Source: a virus
Lineage: Duplodnaviria > Caudoviricetes
Strand: one strand, 5' to 3'
Virus record (IMG/VR): IMGVR_UViG_3300044645_001661
DNA length: 64,000 nucleotides
Shown here piece by piece: positions 18,568-29,540 of the stretch (position 1 is its first letter; each line of letters opens with the position of its first letter). Made by a program: the position numbers and the translations under genes. Below the pieces are notes generated by a model that saw nothing but the letters and a program-made list of their open reading frames with translations, had not been told where the DNA came from and searched no databases.

Positions 18568-21062
18568 TGAGGTTTTACACCAACGTTCAGATGGTCGGGG
18601 ATCAATTTCTTGTTCGTGGTTATGAAAATGGAAATCATTTCATGATCCGTGAGAAATTTGCCCCGACTCTTTTTGTGCCTTCAAATAAAAAAACTAACTA
18701 TAAAACCTTAAATGGTGAATATGTAGAAAAAATTCATCCAGGTTTTGTTCGTGATTGTAGGGAGTTTATAAAAAAATATGATGGTGTAGAGGGATTTAAA
18801 ATTTACGGAAATGAGAGGTATATCTATCAATATATCTCAGAAAATTATTCTGAGGATGAAATTAAATTTGATATTAGTAAAATCAAATTAATGACCTTAG
18901 ATATTGAGGTTGCATCAGAAAATGGATTTCCTGATGTAGAAAATGCTGCAGAAGAAGTTCTACTTATTACTTTGCAGGATTATACAACCAAGGAAATTAT
19001 TACTTGGGGTATGGGACCATTTAAGCATAATCGCAATAAAGTTACATATCGACAATTTAACAACGAATACGATCTTTTAAATGATTTTATTCATTGGTGG
19101 ATGGATAATACTCCAGAAGTTGTGACTGGGTGGAACAGTAAACTTTATGATATTCCATACCTAGTTCGTCGTTTAGATCGTGTTCTTGGTGAAAAGTTAA
19201 TGAAACGTATGTCGCCGTGGGGTCTGGTGACTGAGGATGAAGTTTATATTTCTGGTCGTAAAAATATTTCTTATGATATTGGAGGCATCTCTCAGTTAGA
19301 CTATCTTGACCTTTATAAAAAATTCACTTACAAGGCACAGGAATCATACAGACTTGATTATATTGCCGAAGTTGAACTTGGCCAGAAAAAACTGGACCAC
19401 TCTGAGTTTGATACGTTCAAGGACTTCTATACCAAAGGTTGGCAGAAGTTTGTGGAATACAACATCATCGACGTAGAACTTGTTGACCGTTTGGAAGACA
19501 AGATGAAATTGATTGAACTTGCACTTACTATGGCATATGACGCCAAAGTAAACTATGAGGATGTATTTTCTCAGGTTAGGATGTGGGACACTATCATTTA
19601 CAACTATCTCAAAAAGAGAAATATTGTAATTCCTCCAAATGAAAGATCTGATAAAGATTCCAAATATGCTGGTGCTTATGTGAAAGAACCAATTCCTGGT
19701 GCTTATGATTGGGTTGTGAGTTTTGACCTTAACTCACTGTATCCACACCTTATTATGCAATATAATATTTCTCCAGAAACTCTTTTAGATAATCGCCACC
19801 CTACAGTAAATGTAGATAAAATTCTTAATAAAGAATTATCATTTGACTCATATAAAGATTTTGCGGTATGTGCAAATGGGGCAATGTATCGAAAAGACGT
19901 TCGTGGATTTCTTCCCGAACTTATGGAGAAAATTTATACTGAACGTGTGGTATTTAAGAAAAAAATGCTTGCTGCGGAACAGGAATATGAAAAGAAAAAT
20001 ACGAAAGAGTTGGAAAAAGAGATTGCAAGATGCAATAACATCCAAATGGCGAGGAAGATTCAACTTAACTCTGCTTATGGTGCTATCGGCAATCAGTACT
20101 TTCGTTATTTTAAATTAGCAAATGCTGAAGCTATTACATTATCAGGACAGGTTTCTATTCAGTGGATTATGAATAAGATGAACGCCTATCTGAACAAAAT
20201 TCTTAAGACAGGAGATGTTGATTATGTTATTGCTTCAGATACTGATTCTCTTTATATTAATATGGGTCCTTTGGTTGAAAATGTATTCAAAGGAAGAGAA
20301 AAAACTACTCAAGGCATTGTTTCATTCCTTGATAAGGTCTGTCAAGTGGAATTTGAAAAATATATTGAAAGTTCTTACCAAGAATTGGCTGAATATGTAA
20401 ATGCTTATGAGCAAAAAATGTTTATGAAGCGTGAATGTGTTGCTGAACGTGGAATTTGGACTGCTAAAAAACGTTATATTCTTAATGTTTGGGATAGTGA
20501 AGGTGTTCGATATGAAGAACCTAAACTTAAAATTAAGGGTATTGAGGCAATTAAATCTTCTACTCCAGCTCCATGTAGAAAAATGTTTAAAGATGGGTTT
20601 AAGATAATGATGAGTGGGACAGAAGATGATGTTATTGAATATATTGATGAATGTAGAACGTTATTTAAAACTCTTCCTCCAGAACAAATTGCATTTCCAA
20701 GAAGTGCATCTGATGTTCGTAAATATCGATCATCATCAGACATTTATATAAAGGGTACACCTGTTCATATTCGTGGAGCATTATTGTTCAATCATTATAT
20801 TAAAGAAAAAAAATTAACTAATAAATATTCTCTTATTGGTAATGGTGAAAAGGTAAAATTTATTTACTTAAAAAAACCCAATATTATTAGAGAAAATATT
20901 ATATCGTTCATACAAGAATTTCCAAAAGAATTGGGTCTTGACAAGTATATTGACTATGACTTACAATTTGAGAAGGCTTTTTTGGAACCATTTAGATCTA
21001 TTTTAGATGCTATTGGGTGGCAAGTCGAAAAAATAAATACCTTAGAATCTTTTTTCACATGA
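18567..21062 (+). CDS. gp43: Family B DNA polymerase
   Basis: DIEV exonuclease, FDLNSLYP, KIQLNSAYG, ASDTDS; uninterrupted. Confidence 0.98.
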   Translation: MRFYTNVQMVGDQFLVRGYENGNHFMIREKFAPTLFVPSNKKTNYKTLNGEYVEKIHPGFVRDCREFIKKYDGVEGFKIYGNERYIYQYISENYSEDEIKFDISKIKLMTLDIEVASENGFPDVENAAEEVLLITLQDYTTKEIITWGMGPFKHNRNKVTYRQFNNEYDLLNDFIHWWMDNTPEVVTGWNSKLYDIPYLVRRLDRVLGEKLMKRMSPWGLVTEDEVYISGRKNISYDIGGISQLDYLDLYKKFTYKAQESYRLDYIAEVELGQKKLDHSEFDTFKDFYTKGWQKFVEYNIIDVELVDRLEDKMKLIELALTMAYDAKVNYEDVFSQVRMWDTIIYNYLKKRNIVIPPNERSDKDSKYAGAYVKEPIPGAYDWVVSFDLNSLYPHLIMQYNISPETLLDNRHPTVNVDKILNKELSFDSYKDFAVCANGAMYRKDVRGFLPELMEKIYTERVVFKKKMLAAEQEYEKKNTKELEKEIARCNNIQMARKIQLNSAYGAIGNQYFRYFKLANAEAITLSGQVSIQWIMNKMNAYLNKILKTGDVDYVIASDTDSLYINMGPLVENVFKGREKTTQGIVSFLDKVCQVEFEKYIESSYQELAEYVNAYEQKMFMKRECVAERGIWTAKKRYILNVWDSEGVRYEEPKLKIKGIEAIKSSTPAPCRKMFKDGFKIMMSGTEDDVIEYIDECRTLFKTLPPEQIAFPRSASDVRKYRSSSDIYIKGTPVHIRGALLFNHYIKEKKLTNKYSLIGNGEKVKFIYLKKPNIIRENIISFIQEFPKELGLDKYIDYDLQFEKAFLEPFRSILDAIGWQVEKINTLESFFT

Positions 21063-21256
21063 CAAATAAAAATAATAAAGATGATGAATCTAAAAAAGAT
21101 AAATGGAACAGGGGATTAGATATATTTGTCGAATCAGTATATAAAGCTGATAGCGAACTTAGGCAGTGTGCTCACGATCAAAAATGTTTTCATGAATTGA
21201 TGGATGTTCGTGAAAATATTTTACAATATTTAAAAACTTTACGGTGGAATGATTAA
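21059..21256 (+). CDS. Small hypothetical protein
   Basis: ATGA-coupled to gp43. Confidence 0.55.
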   Translation: MTNKNNKDDESKKDKWNRGLDIFVESVYKADSELRQCAHDQKCFHELMDVRENILQYLKTLRWND

Positions 21257-21420
21257 TGGATTTGCCTATTAATGATGAAGAATTGAATACTATTGTTAAA
21301 GCAATGACTCTTGGTGGGGATACTGCTTTATATCAAAAACTTAAACTTGTGAAGGAACTAAGAGAACAGGGACTTCCTTATAAAAAAATACTTCGTGAAG
21401 AATACGGGATGGTGGCATGA
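21256..21420 (+). CDS. Small hypothetical protein (54 aa, MDLPINDEEL...)
   Basis: Read manually; coupled starts and stops. Confidence 0.6.
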   Translation: MDLPINDEELNTIVKAMTLGGDTALYQKLKLVKELREQGLPYKKILREEYGMVA

Positions 21421-21548
21421 TGATTAAACTGAATTATTATATTAAAGAGTTTCCAAACACAACACTTTTTAAGTTTTTTAAAACTGAAGAGGCAGTAGAG
21501 ATGTTTAAATCTCAACATTCAGATTATGTTTTTATTGGAGATAAGTGA
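21417..21548 (+). CDS. Small hypothetical protein (43 aa)
   Basis: Read manually; ATGA and TGATG coupling. Confidence 0.45.
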   Translation: MMIKLNYYIKEFPNTTLFKFFKTEEAVEMFKSQHSDYVFIGDK

Positions 21549-22549
21549 TGGACTTTCTTAAAGATATTGTAAAAGAAATTGGTGGTGAGTATACACAACT
21601 TGCTTCTGATATTAATGAGACTGAAACTTATGTTGATACGGGTTCATACATTTTTAATGCACTGGTTTCAGGTAGTGTATTTGGTGGTGTATCTGGGAAT
21701 AAGATTACTGCTATTGCTGGAGAGTCTTCTACTGGAAAGACTTTTTTCTCTCTCGCCGTGGTTAAGAACTTTCTTGATACTCATCCCGATGGTTACTGTC
21801 TCTACTTTGACACTGAGGCTGCTATTACTAAATCTTTGATTGAATCTCGTGGAATTGATACTTCTCGTCTTGTGGTTGTCAATGTTGTTACTATTGAAGA
21901 GTTTCGTGGAAAGGCACTCAAAGCAGTAGACCTGTACTTAAAAAAACCTGAAGGAGAACGCAGACCGTGCATGTTTGTGTTAGACTCTTTAGGAATGCTT
22001 TCGACTGAGAAAGAAATCACTGATGCACTCAACGATAAACAAGTTCGTGACATGACTAAATCGCAACTTGTTAAAGGTGCATTCCGAATGTTAACTCTTA
22101 AACTAGGACAGGCAAATGTTCCACTCATTGTCACAAATCATACATACGATGTCATCGGAGCTTACGTACCAACGAAAGAAATGGGTGGAGGTTCTGGACT
22201 CAAATACGCAGCAAGTACGATCATTTATCTCAGCAAAAAGAAAGAGAAGGATGGAACAGAAGTGGTCGGCAATATTATCAAAGCTAAGACTGCTAAATCA
22301 CGTTTGAGTAAGGAGAACAAAGATGTTGAAGTCCGTTTGTATTATGATGAGCGGGGCCTTGATCGTTACTATGGTCTTTTGGAACTTGGTGAGATTGGTG
22401 GACTCTGGAAGAATGTAGCAGGACGCTATGAGATGGATGGTAAGAAAATTTATGCTAAGCAAATTCTTGCAAACCCAGAGGAATACTTTACTGAAGAAGT
22501 AATGCAAAAACTTGATGAGATTGCAAGGGAAGAGTTTAGTTACGGTTGA
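21545..22549 (+). CDS. uvsX: RecA-like recombinase UvsX
   Basis: GESSTGKT, YFDTE, VLDSLG, MGGGSG. Confidence 0.96.
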   Translation: MMDFLKDIVKEIGGEYTQLASDINETETYVDTGSYIFNALVSGSVFGGVSGNKITAIAGESSTGKTFFSLAVVKNFLDTHPDGYCLYFDTEAAITKSLIESRGIDTSRLVVVNVVTIEEFRGKALKAVDLYLKKPEGERRPCMFVLDSLGMLSTEKEITDALNDKQVRDMTKSQLVKGAFRMLTLKLGQANVPLIVTNHTYDVIGAYVPTKEMGGGSGLKYAASTIIYLSKKKEKDGTEVVGNIIKAKTAKSRLSKENKDVEVRLYYDERGLDRYYGLLELGEIGGLWKNVAGRYEMDGKKIYAKQILANPEEYFTEEVMQKLDEIAREEFSYG

Positions 22550-22571
22550 TTATTTTTTATGGTTCTTATAA

Positions 22572-23948
22572 ATGGAAAGTGTTGAACTTACAGTTTTAAA
22601 AAATTTAATATTTAATGAAGACTATTCTCGAAAAGTAATACCTTTTATAAATCTAGAATATTTTGAAGATAATTCCCAAAAAATTATTTTTGAAGAAACT
22701 GTAAAATTTATTTTAAAATATAATTCTCAAATTACAACAGAATCTCTTTTAATTGAAATATCTAATAGAAAAGATATAAATGAAAGTGATATTAAATCTT
22801 TAACTTCTTTAATTAATTCATTCGATTATCAACCATCCGATCAAAAGTGGTTAATTGACATCACTGAAAAATGGTGTAGAGATCGTGCCATTTATTTGGC
22901 TTTGATGGAATCAATTTATATTGCTGATGGTAAAGATGAAAAGAAGAACCGAGATGCTATTCCTTCAATTTTATCTGACGCTTTAGCAGTATCTTTTGAT
23001 AATAATATTGGTCATGATTATCTATTAAATTATGAAGAACGATATGATTATTATCATAGGAAAGAAGATAAAATAGAGTTTGATTTAGAATATTTTAATA
23101 AAATTACTAAAGGAGGACTCCCCAATAAAACTTTGAATATTGCTTTGGCAGGAACTGGTGTTGGTAAATCTCTTTTTATGTGTCATGTGGCATCTTCGGT
23201 TTTAGTTCAAGGTAAAAATGTGTTGTACATTACTCTTGAAATGGCAGAAGAAAAAATTGCCGAAAGAATTGATGCTAATTTATTGAATGTTCCTATTCAA
23301 CAATTGTCAGAATTGCCAAAAGCAATGTTTGAAAGTAAAGTTAATACACTTGCAAATAAGACACAAGGATCTTTAATCATTAAAGAGTATCCAACTGCTT
23401 CTGCACATTCTGGTCACTTCAAGGCACTTCTTAATGAACTTGCTCTTAAGAAATCATTTAGACCTGATATTATTTTTATTGACTACCTTAATATTTGTGC
23501 TTCCTCTAGGCATAAGGCAAATAGCTCTGTCAATTCTTATTCGTATATTAAGTCAATTGCAGAAGAACTTCGCGGTTTGGCAGTGGAATTCAATGTTCCC
23601 ATTGTCTCTGCTACCCAGACTACCCGCAGTGGTTATGGCAACTCTGATGTTGAACTTACTGATACTAGTGAGTCCTTTGGTCTCCCTGCTACTGCTGATC
23701 TTATGTTTGCCCTTATTAGCACTGAAGAGTTGGAGAATTTAGGTCAAATTATGGTTAAACAATTGAAGAATCGTTATAATGATCCAACAATTTATAAGCG
23801 GTTTATTGTTGGTATTGATAGGGCAAAAATGAGATTGTATGATTGTGAACAATCTGCTCAAAATGATATCGTTGATAATACTGAGTATTCAGAATCTAAT
23901 GAAGATAAAACATTAAAAAAAGAAAAATTTAATGGGTTTAAATTTTAA
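22572..23948 (+). CDS. gp41: Replicative helicase
   Basis: AGTGVGKS, ITLEMAE, IDYLNIC, ESFGLPATAD, KQLKNRY. Confidence 0.97.
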   Translation: MESVELTVLKNLIFNEDYSRKVIPFINLEYFEDNSQKIIFEETVKFILKYNSQITTESLLIEISNRKDINESDIKSLTSLINSFDYQPSDQKWLIDITEKWCRDRAIYLALMESIYIADGKDEKKNRDAIPSILSDALAVSFDNNIGHDYLLNYEERYDYYHRKEDKIEFDLEYFNKITKGGLPNKTLNIALAGTGVGKSLFMCHVASSVLVQGKNVLYITLEMAEEKIAERIDANLLNVPIQQLSELPKAMFESKVNTLANKTQGSLIIKEYPTASAHSGHFKALLNELALKKSFRPDIIFIDYLNICASSRHKANSSVNSYSYIKSIAEELRGLAVEFNVPIVSATQTTRSGYGNSDVELTDTSESFGLPATADLMFALISTEELENLGQIMVKQLKNRYNDPTIYKRFIVGIDRAKMRLYDCEQSAQNDIVDNTEYSESNEDKTLKKEKFNGFKF

Positions 23949-23993
23949 TATTGTTTGGTAAAGAATTATATGTTCTTTACCTTTTTTATTACC

Positions 23994-24001
23994 TATAAAT
24001 A
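23994..24001 (+). promoter_or_regulatory. T4-type late promoter
   Basis: Exact TATAAATA upstream of the first island gene. Confidence 0.75.
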
Positions 24002-24022
24002 AAATCACGAATAAAAATATAA

Positions 24023-25105
24023 TTGATGAAAAAATTATTTAAAATATTGACAAGTGAAAGAGTTGAATATAATAAAAAAAGTATAAAAATTTTTGATATG
24101 TTGAGATATTCATCCCATATTAGTAATATTTTGGAAAGTGACAAAAATAATTATATTAAAAATATGTGTTTATTTTTGGGAAAAAAAATAAGTAATAATA
24201 CAATCTTTTTTATTGATGATGAGAAATTTGAGCAGCAATACGAAAAACTTGAAGTATTTTTTGAGTTTATAAAAAGAATAGATGCTAAAAATAAAAATAT
24301 AATTTATATTGTAAAAACACAAATATTTGCAGACTATTTTGAAAAGTATGGAATAAAAAATTATATATTTGAACCATTATTGGAAGTTATTAATTTTTAT
24401 TATGGGTCTTTCAGAATAAGAAAATCTTTAGTAGGTGATAAAATAAAAGATGTATCATTTTGTTCATTGAATGGTACAAAAAATCAAGTTAGAGAATTTC
24501 TATTGTATAGATTAAATGATTATAATTTGTTACCTGAGGGATATGTTACTGCATGTGGACAATTTTTTCTCGATTTAAATGGTGAAGTCAAAAACCATAT
24601 ATTTGAAGATAAATTTTTTGATAAATTTTATTATGATGAAGGTCATAAATATTATCAAGATAAAAATTTAGTAAATATTCTTTATATTGATAAAAATATT
24701 CCAGGAAATATTTTTTTAACTGTGGAGTCATTTAATTACGATAAAATAGAAGAATCATTAAGACCACTATATACTGAAAAAACTTCTACTCCATTTTTAA
24801 CAAAAAGATTGCCTTTAATTATTGGATATATGAATATTATTGAAAATCTTAAAATGGATGGGTTTGATATGTTTGATGATATAATTGATTATGAATATGA
24901 TAAAATTGATCACATGGACTATCAAAAAAAAGTTGATCTTTGTATAAAAAATAATTCACATATTCTTAAACATAATAATTTTTATGATAATCCAGAAATT
25001 GATGAGAGATTGGAATACAATAAAAAACATTATAATGTGTGGGTAGAAAATAAAATTTTAAACTTTGAATCTAATATAGAAGAAAAATTAAAGTTATTTG
25101 TTTAG
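24023..25105 (+). CDS. Hypothetical protein, possibly glycosyltransferase-like
   Basis: YTEKTSTPF...PLIIG...GFDMFDDIIDY resembles GT10-like segments; weak. Confidence 0.4.
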   Translation: MMKKLFKILTSERVEYNKKSIKIFDMLRYSSHISNILESDKNNYIKNMCLFLGKKISNNTIFFIDDEKFEQQYEKLEVFFEFIKRIDAKNKNIIYIVKTQIFADYFEKYGIKNYIFEPLLEVINFYYGSFRIRKSLVGDKIKDVSFCSLNGTKNQVREFLLYRLNDYNLLPEGYVTACGQFFLDLNGEVKNHIFEDKFFDKFYYDEGHKYYQDKNLVNILYIDKNIPGNIFLTVESFNYDKIEESLRPLYTEKTSTPFLTKRLPLIIGYMNIIENLKMDGFDMFDDIIDYEYDKIDHMDYQKKVDLCIKNNSHILKHNNFYDNPEIDERLEYNKKHYNVWVENKILNFESNIEEKLKLFV

Positions 25106-25112
25106 ATATATT

Positions 25113-25643
25113 ATGGAAGATAAATTTATTACTGGTAAAATAGATAGTAATTTAATTGGGGATTTTAAAAATATAGATTATCCTGGAAGAAGGCAATTTA
25201 GGGATGATGAAACTGTTGAGAGGTGGAAAAATCTTGGGCATTTGTATGTAAATTATACTGGATTTATTCGTGAAGAATATAGAGGTCTACCTGATTGGTG
25301 TAATTTAGTACTTGATGAAATAAAAAATCAATTAAAAATTTATAATATTTCTTGCTCTCTATATCGTATGCCTCCAGGAACAATAATGCCAGAACATAAA
25401 GATGCATATTTGAATTATAAAAAAATATTTAAAATAGATGATGTGAATAATATTTGTAGAGTATTAGTATTTTTGGATGATTGGAAATCTGGGCATTATT
25501 TTGAATTGAATGATAATCCAGTGATACAATGGAAATCTGGAGATTACTACATGTGGACTGGAGAAACACCACACATTGCTGCTAATATTGGAAGAGAAAA
25601 TAGATATACAATGCAGATAACTGGAACTATTGATCATGGATGA
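25113..25643 (+). CDS. Fe(II)/2-oxoglutarate-type oxygenase (cupin fold)
   Basis: MPEHKD (HxD), PHIAAN (distal His), RYTMQITG. Confidence 0.7.
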   Translation: MEDKFITGKIDSNLIGDFKNIDYPGRRQFRDDETVERWKNLGHLYVNYTGFIREEYRGLPDWCNLVLDEIKNQLKIYNISCSLYRMPPGTIMPEHKDAYLNYKKIFKIDDVNNICRVLVFLDDWKSGHYFELNDNPVIQWKSGDYYMWTGETPHIAANIGRENRYTMQITGTIDHG

Positions 25644-26361
25644 AAGAAGAGCCGTTATAGATGAGTTAGTAAAAAATTATCCTAATTACTGCTCAACCTT
25701 TACATTTAAATTGAAAAAAGGTATACCTGGAGAAGTAATACACAAAGAGGGTTTTGTTAACTGTTATATGGATGTAAAAAATTATCTTATTTACATGCAT
25801 ATTGATAAGTGTGCGAGTACATCAATAACTACTGCACTAAGAGATCAAAAACCATATTTTGTAAAAATGGATGATATTCCAAAATCTGAAGAATTTGCTA
25901 AACTTTTGGTCCAAAAAGAATATACATTTTTTACTGCAGTTAGAGATCCAATTTCTAGATGGATGTCTGGATTGAATGAATTTATGTGTAGATATAGACC
26001 TCCAATTAATTATGTTATTGAACAACTTAAAAATAAAAAATATGTTTTTGATGAGCATACCGCACCACAACATTTGTTTTTAAGATTATGTTTAGAAAAT
26101 AATGGAAATCTTATTTGTGTAAAAATGGATTCTGATATGGAATTTAAAATTAATGATGTTATTAGGTGTTCTTTAAAAAATGAATTTATGCGTGAAAAAT
26201 ATATCCCACTTAAAATTCCACAATTAAGGAGTTCAAAATATTTTATACCAAATTATATAAGTGTATGTAAAAAAATGTATGAAGTTTATGTAAAAAATGA
26301 TCCTGAAGAATTTAATAAATTATATAAAATTGATTTTGATTTATACAATAATGCACTATGA
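25636..26361 (+). CDS. Sulfotransferase (Sulfotransfer_2-like)
   Basis: MHIDKCASTS (5'-PSB-like), VRDPISRWMSG (3'-PB-like), DEHTAPQ. Confidence 0.75.
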   Translation: MDERRAVIDELVKNYPNYCSTFTFKLKKGIPGEVIHKEGFVNCYMDVKNYLIYMHIDKCASTSITTALRDQKPYFVKMDDIPKSEEFAKLLVQKEYTFFTAVRDPISRWMSGLNEFMCRYRPPINYVIEQLKNKKYVFDEHTAPQHLFLRLCLENNGNLICVKMDSDMEFKINDVIRCSLKNEFMREKYIPLKIPQLRSSKYFIPNYISVCKKMYEVYVKNDPEEFNKLYKIDFDLYNNAL

Positions 26362-26960
26362 ATAGTTTCGATACCGTAAAGAAATTAGAAGAATTAATAG
26401 CAAACTTTTTTGGATCACCATATGCAGTTGCAACTGATTGTTGTACCCATGCTATAGAATTGTGTTTAAGATATGAAAAGTATGACAATATTGAAATTCC
26501 AGAACAAACGTACATTTCAATTCCATTTACTGCAGAAAAACTTAATTTAAAATGGTCTTGGAAAAAAAATTATACCTGGCATGATCATTATTACATTTGG
26601 AATACAAATATAATAGATGCGGCTGTTTTTTGGGAACGGAATGGATATATACCAAAAACATATATGTGTTTAAGTTTTCAGTATAAAAAACATTTAAATC
26701 TTGGTAAAGGTGGCATGATACTATTAGACAATTATGATGCTTATACTGATCTTAAAAAAATGGTTTATGATGGTAGAGAATCTGATAAACCATGGGGAGA
26801 ACAGAACATTAAAACAATAGGATATCACTACTACATGACACCAGAAACTGCTGAAACTGGTATACATAAGTTTGAAGAAGTATCTTCTATGAAACCAAAA
26901 AGATGGAGTTATCTTAATTATCCATTTTTACCTAGTATGGATGTATTTAAAAAATTATGA
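26358..26960 (+). CDS. Short DegT/DnrJ/EryC1/StrS-like PLP enzyme
   Basis: CTHAIELCL, IIDAA, SFQYKKHL, GKGGMI; only 200 aa. Confidence 0.75.
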   Translation: MNSFDTVKKLEELIANFFGSPYAVATDCCTHAIELCLRYEKYDNIEIPEQTYISIPFTAEKLNLKWSWKKNYTWHDHYYIWNTNIIDAAVFWERNGYIPKTYMCLSFQYKKHLNLGKGGMILLDNYDAYTDLKKMVYDGRESDKPWGEQNIKTIGYHYYMTPETAETGIHKFEEVSSMKPKRWSYLNYPFLPSMDVFKKL

Positions 26961-27835
26961 ATTTAGATAATAAATTAAAAGGATTACCTCCAATATTTTA
27001 CCTAAATCTGGATCACAGAACAGATAGAAAGGAATATATGGAAGGGCAATTTAAAGAAAGAGGTATAACAGATTATACTAGAATATCAGCATCTCGATTT
27101 GCTACATCTAAAATTGATGAATGGGGGCATAGATTAGATTTGATGTTATTGGCTAAATCTGATGCATCTATCGTAATGAATCAGTTTACTACAATAATTG
27201 ATTGGTATAATTCTGGTATATCAGAAACTTGTATAATAATGCAAGATGATCTCAGTTTAGAATTAATTGATTATTGGATGTTTGATTGGGAAACAATTGT
27301 AAAAAGTTTGCCATATAATTGGGATTGTGTTCAATTTTATCATTGTCATAATGAAGAAATGCGTATGCACTTACATAAAAGAAGTTATGGAAGCTCATCT
27401 GCTGCTTGTTATATGATTAATAGATGGTACGCAGAAAAATTAATTAAATTGCACTTGCAACCAGATAATTCATTCAAACTTAAAAATAATTTAAAAGATG
27501 TAAGTGTTCCTAAAGAGTGTTATAGTAGTGATGATTTTCTATTATATCAAATTGGTGTAAGTTATAGTTTACCAATTTTGTGTTTGAATCAAAGACTTTC
27601 TCAAACTCCCGATAACAAATTGCAGGAAGATGAAACTGATGAAGACTATGATCCAGTAATAAGCATATATCATAATAAAATTCATGATATACTTGCTAGT
27701 ACATGTGTGAGAAGATGGTGGGAGAATGAAAGTTCAAAATATAAAGCGGAAGATATTTTAAGTTACGGTGGTTCAATCCATAGAAAAATGATCGTTCCTA
27801 TTCCTAAATTTAACAGAAAGGTACTTCCAAAATGA
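26957..27835 (+). CDS. GT25-like glycosyltransferase, copy 1
   Basis: FYLNLDHRTDR, IIMQDD, LPYNWDCVQ. Confidence 0.8.
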   Translation: MNLDNKLKGLPPIFYLNLDHRTDRKEYMEGQFKERGITDYTRISASRFATSKIDEWGHRLDLMLLAKSDASIVMNQFTTIIDWYNSGISETCIIMQDDLSLELIDYWMFDWETIVKSLPYNWDCVQFYHCHNEEMRMHLHKRSYGSSSAACYMINRWYAEKLIKLHLQPDNSFKLKNNLKDVSVPKECYSSDDFLLYQIGVSYSLPILCLNQRLSQTPDNKLQEDETDEDYDPVISIYHNKIHDILASTCVRRWWENESSKYKAEDILSYGGSIHRKMIVPIPKFNRKVLPK

Positions 27836-28695
27836 ATATAGAATTAAATAAATTAAAAACAATAGGATTTCCCAAAGTTTTTTATTTGAATGCGGATTCT
27901 AGACCAGATAGGGGAAATTATATAGAATCATGTTTTGAAAAATGGGGAATAGAACGATACGAAAGAATTCCTACAAGTAGATATACTCCAACCAATTATC
28001 ATGAATGGGAAGATTTAATTTTAGATGATAATATTTTACAAACTCCAGAGGAAATATCTAAAACTATCAATCATTTAAAAACAATAATTGATTGGTATGA
28101 TAATGGGGATGAAGAATATTGTATAATAATGGATGATATTATTGATATTAACTCAATAGATACTTGGATGTTTGATTGGGAAACTCTATATAAAAATCTT
28201 CCATATAATTGGGATTGTGTGCATCTATTCTTTTATAGTAATAGAACTATTAATATGCACCTAAAACCAAAAGACGATGATACTAAGGGTGTGTATTGTT
28301 ATATGATAACACGACAATTTGCTAAAAAAATTAAACAACTTCATTATGTTGATGATAAGTTTAAATTTTTTGTTAATACTAGAAATTTAAAACTACCAGA
28401 ATATAAGTATGGATCTCTAGAATCATTTTTATTTGATTTGGGTATAACCTATACATTGCCCGTATTTTATTTGAGTCTAAAATATTTTGGTGAACCTAAA
28501 GAATTGGAAGATATTTTATGTAAACTTTCTTCGGAATCTATTGAGTTTTGGTGGAAAATAAAGTCTAAAGAATTTTCCATGCAAGAATTTTTCTCATACA
28601 ATAAAAGATATGATTGGAAAATGGAAGTTCTTTTTGACGTAAAAGAAAAACAAGTATATATGGATAAAGTTGAAAAAATAATGTTATGGATTTAA
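27832..28695 (+). CDS. GT25-like glycosyltransferase, copy 2
   Basis: FYLNADSRPDR, IIMDDIID, LPYNWDCVH. Confidence 0.75.
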   Translation: MNIELNKLKTIGFPKVFYLNADSRPDRGNYIESCFEKWGIERYERIPTSRYTPTNYHEWEDLILDDNILQTPEEISKTINHLKTIIDWYDNGDEEYCIIMDDIIDINSIDTWMFDWETLYKNLPYNWDCVHLFFYSNRTINMHLKPKDDDTKGVYCYMITRQFAKKIKQLHYVDDKFKFFVNTRNLKLPEYKYGSLESFLFDLGITYTLPVFYLSLKYFGEPKELEDILCKLSSESIEFWWKIKSKEFSMQEFFSYNKRYDWKMEVLFDVKEKQVYMDKVEKIMLWI

Positions 28696-29540
28696 AGAAC
28701 AAATTAAAAAATATGCCGAAAGTCTATTATTTTAATTTGGATAATAGAACTGATAGAAAAAAATATATGGAAAAACAATTTGATAGGTGGGGCATAACCT
28801 ATCAAAGAATATCTGGAACAAAATACTTAGCATCAAAAAATAAAGAATGGAATCATTTAATTATTGATGTAAAAAATTATAAGTTATTAGTTCCAATTGC
28901 AGCTAATGCAATATCTCATTTGGAATTTTTGAAGAAATGGTATGAAGAAACAACAGATCCATATGTTCTGTTGATGGAAGATGATTATGATTTAAACTTG
29001 ATACAATATTGGCATTTTGATTGGGATTACTTGATGTCAAGATTGCCATATGATTGGGATTGCTTGCAACTAGGATTTGAAAATCCAATAGGGATACCTT
29101 TTTATCTTCATCCGATGGCAACCTCTCATGATTTTGGTCCATGTTTACTTAGTAGAGATTATGTTTATAAATTAATCTCATTACACTGTGTCGGTGATAA
29201 GTACAAGTTAATTAATACAATATCCAATGGTGCCTGGAATGCAGAAGAAGGTGGATGTGGTTCTGGAACGGTAGATTATTTTATATGCCACTGTGGAAAA
29301 ACCTATTCTATACCTTTAATAACAATAAATCCAACATTCGGTAGTTTCGAAAATAATAGTCTACTTCAAAAACTCTATAGAAATAATGGGGATGTAATGG
29401 CTAGAAATACATATTATTATTGGTGGCAAAATGAAAGAGATAAATTTACCTTAGATGATTTTTTTACTTATGGTAAAAAATATGACCGTAAGATGATATT
29501 GGATCAAAATAAATATGGAAACTATAGACCTAGAAAATAA
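28686..29540 (+). CDS. GT25-like glycosyltransferase, copy 3
   Basis: YYFNLDNRTDR, ISH, LMEDD, LPYDWDCLQLG. Confidence 0.82.
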   Translation: MDLKNKLKNMPKVYYFNLDNRTDRKKYMEKQFDRWGITYQRISGTKYLASKNKEWNHLIIDVKNYKLLVPIAANAISHLEFLKKWYEETTDPYVLLMEDDYDLNLIQYWHFDWDYLMSRLPYDWDCLQLGFENPIGIPFYLHPMATSHDFGPCLLSRDYVYKLISLHCVGDKYKLINTISNGAWNAEEGGCGSGTVDYFICHCGKTYSIPLITINPTFGSFENNSLLQKLYRNNGDVMARNTYYYWWQNERDKFTLDDFFTYGKKYDRKMILDQNKYGNYRPRK

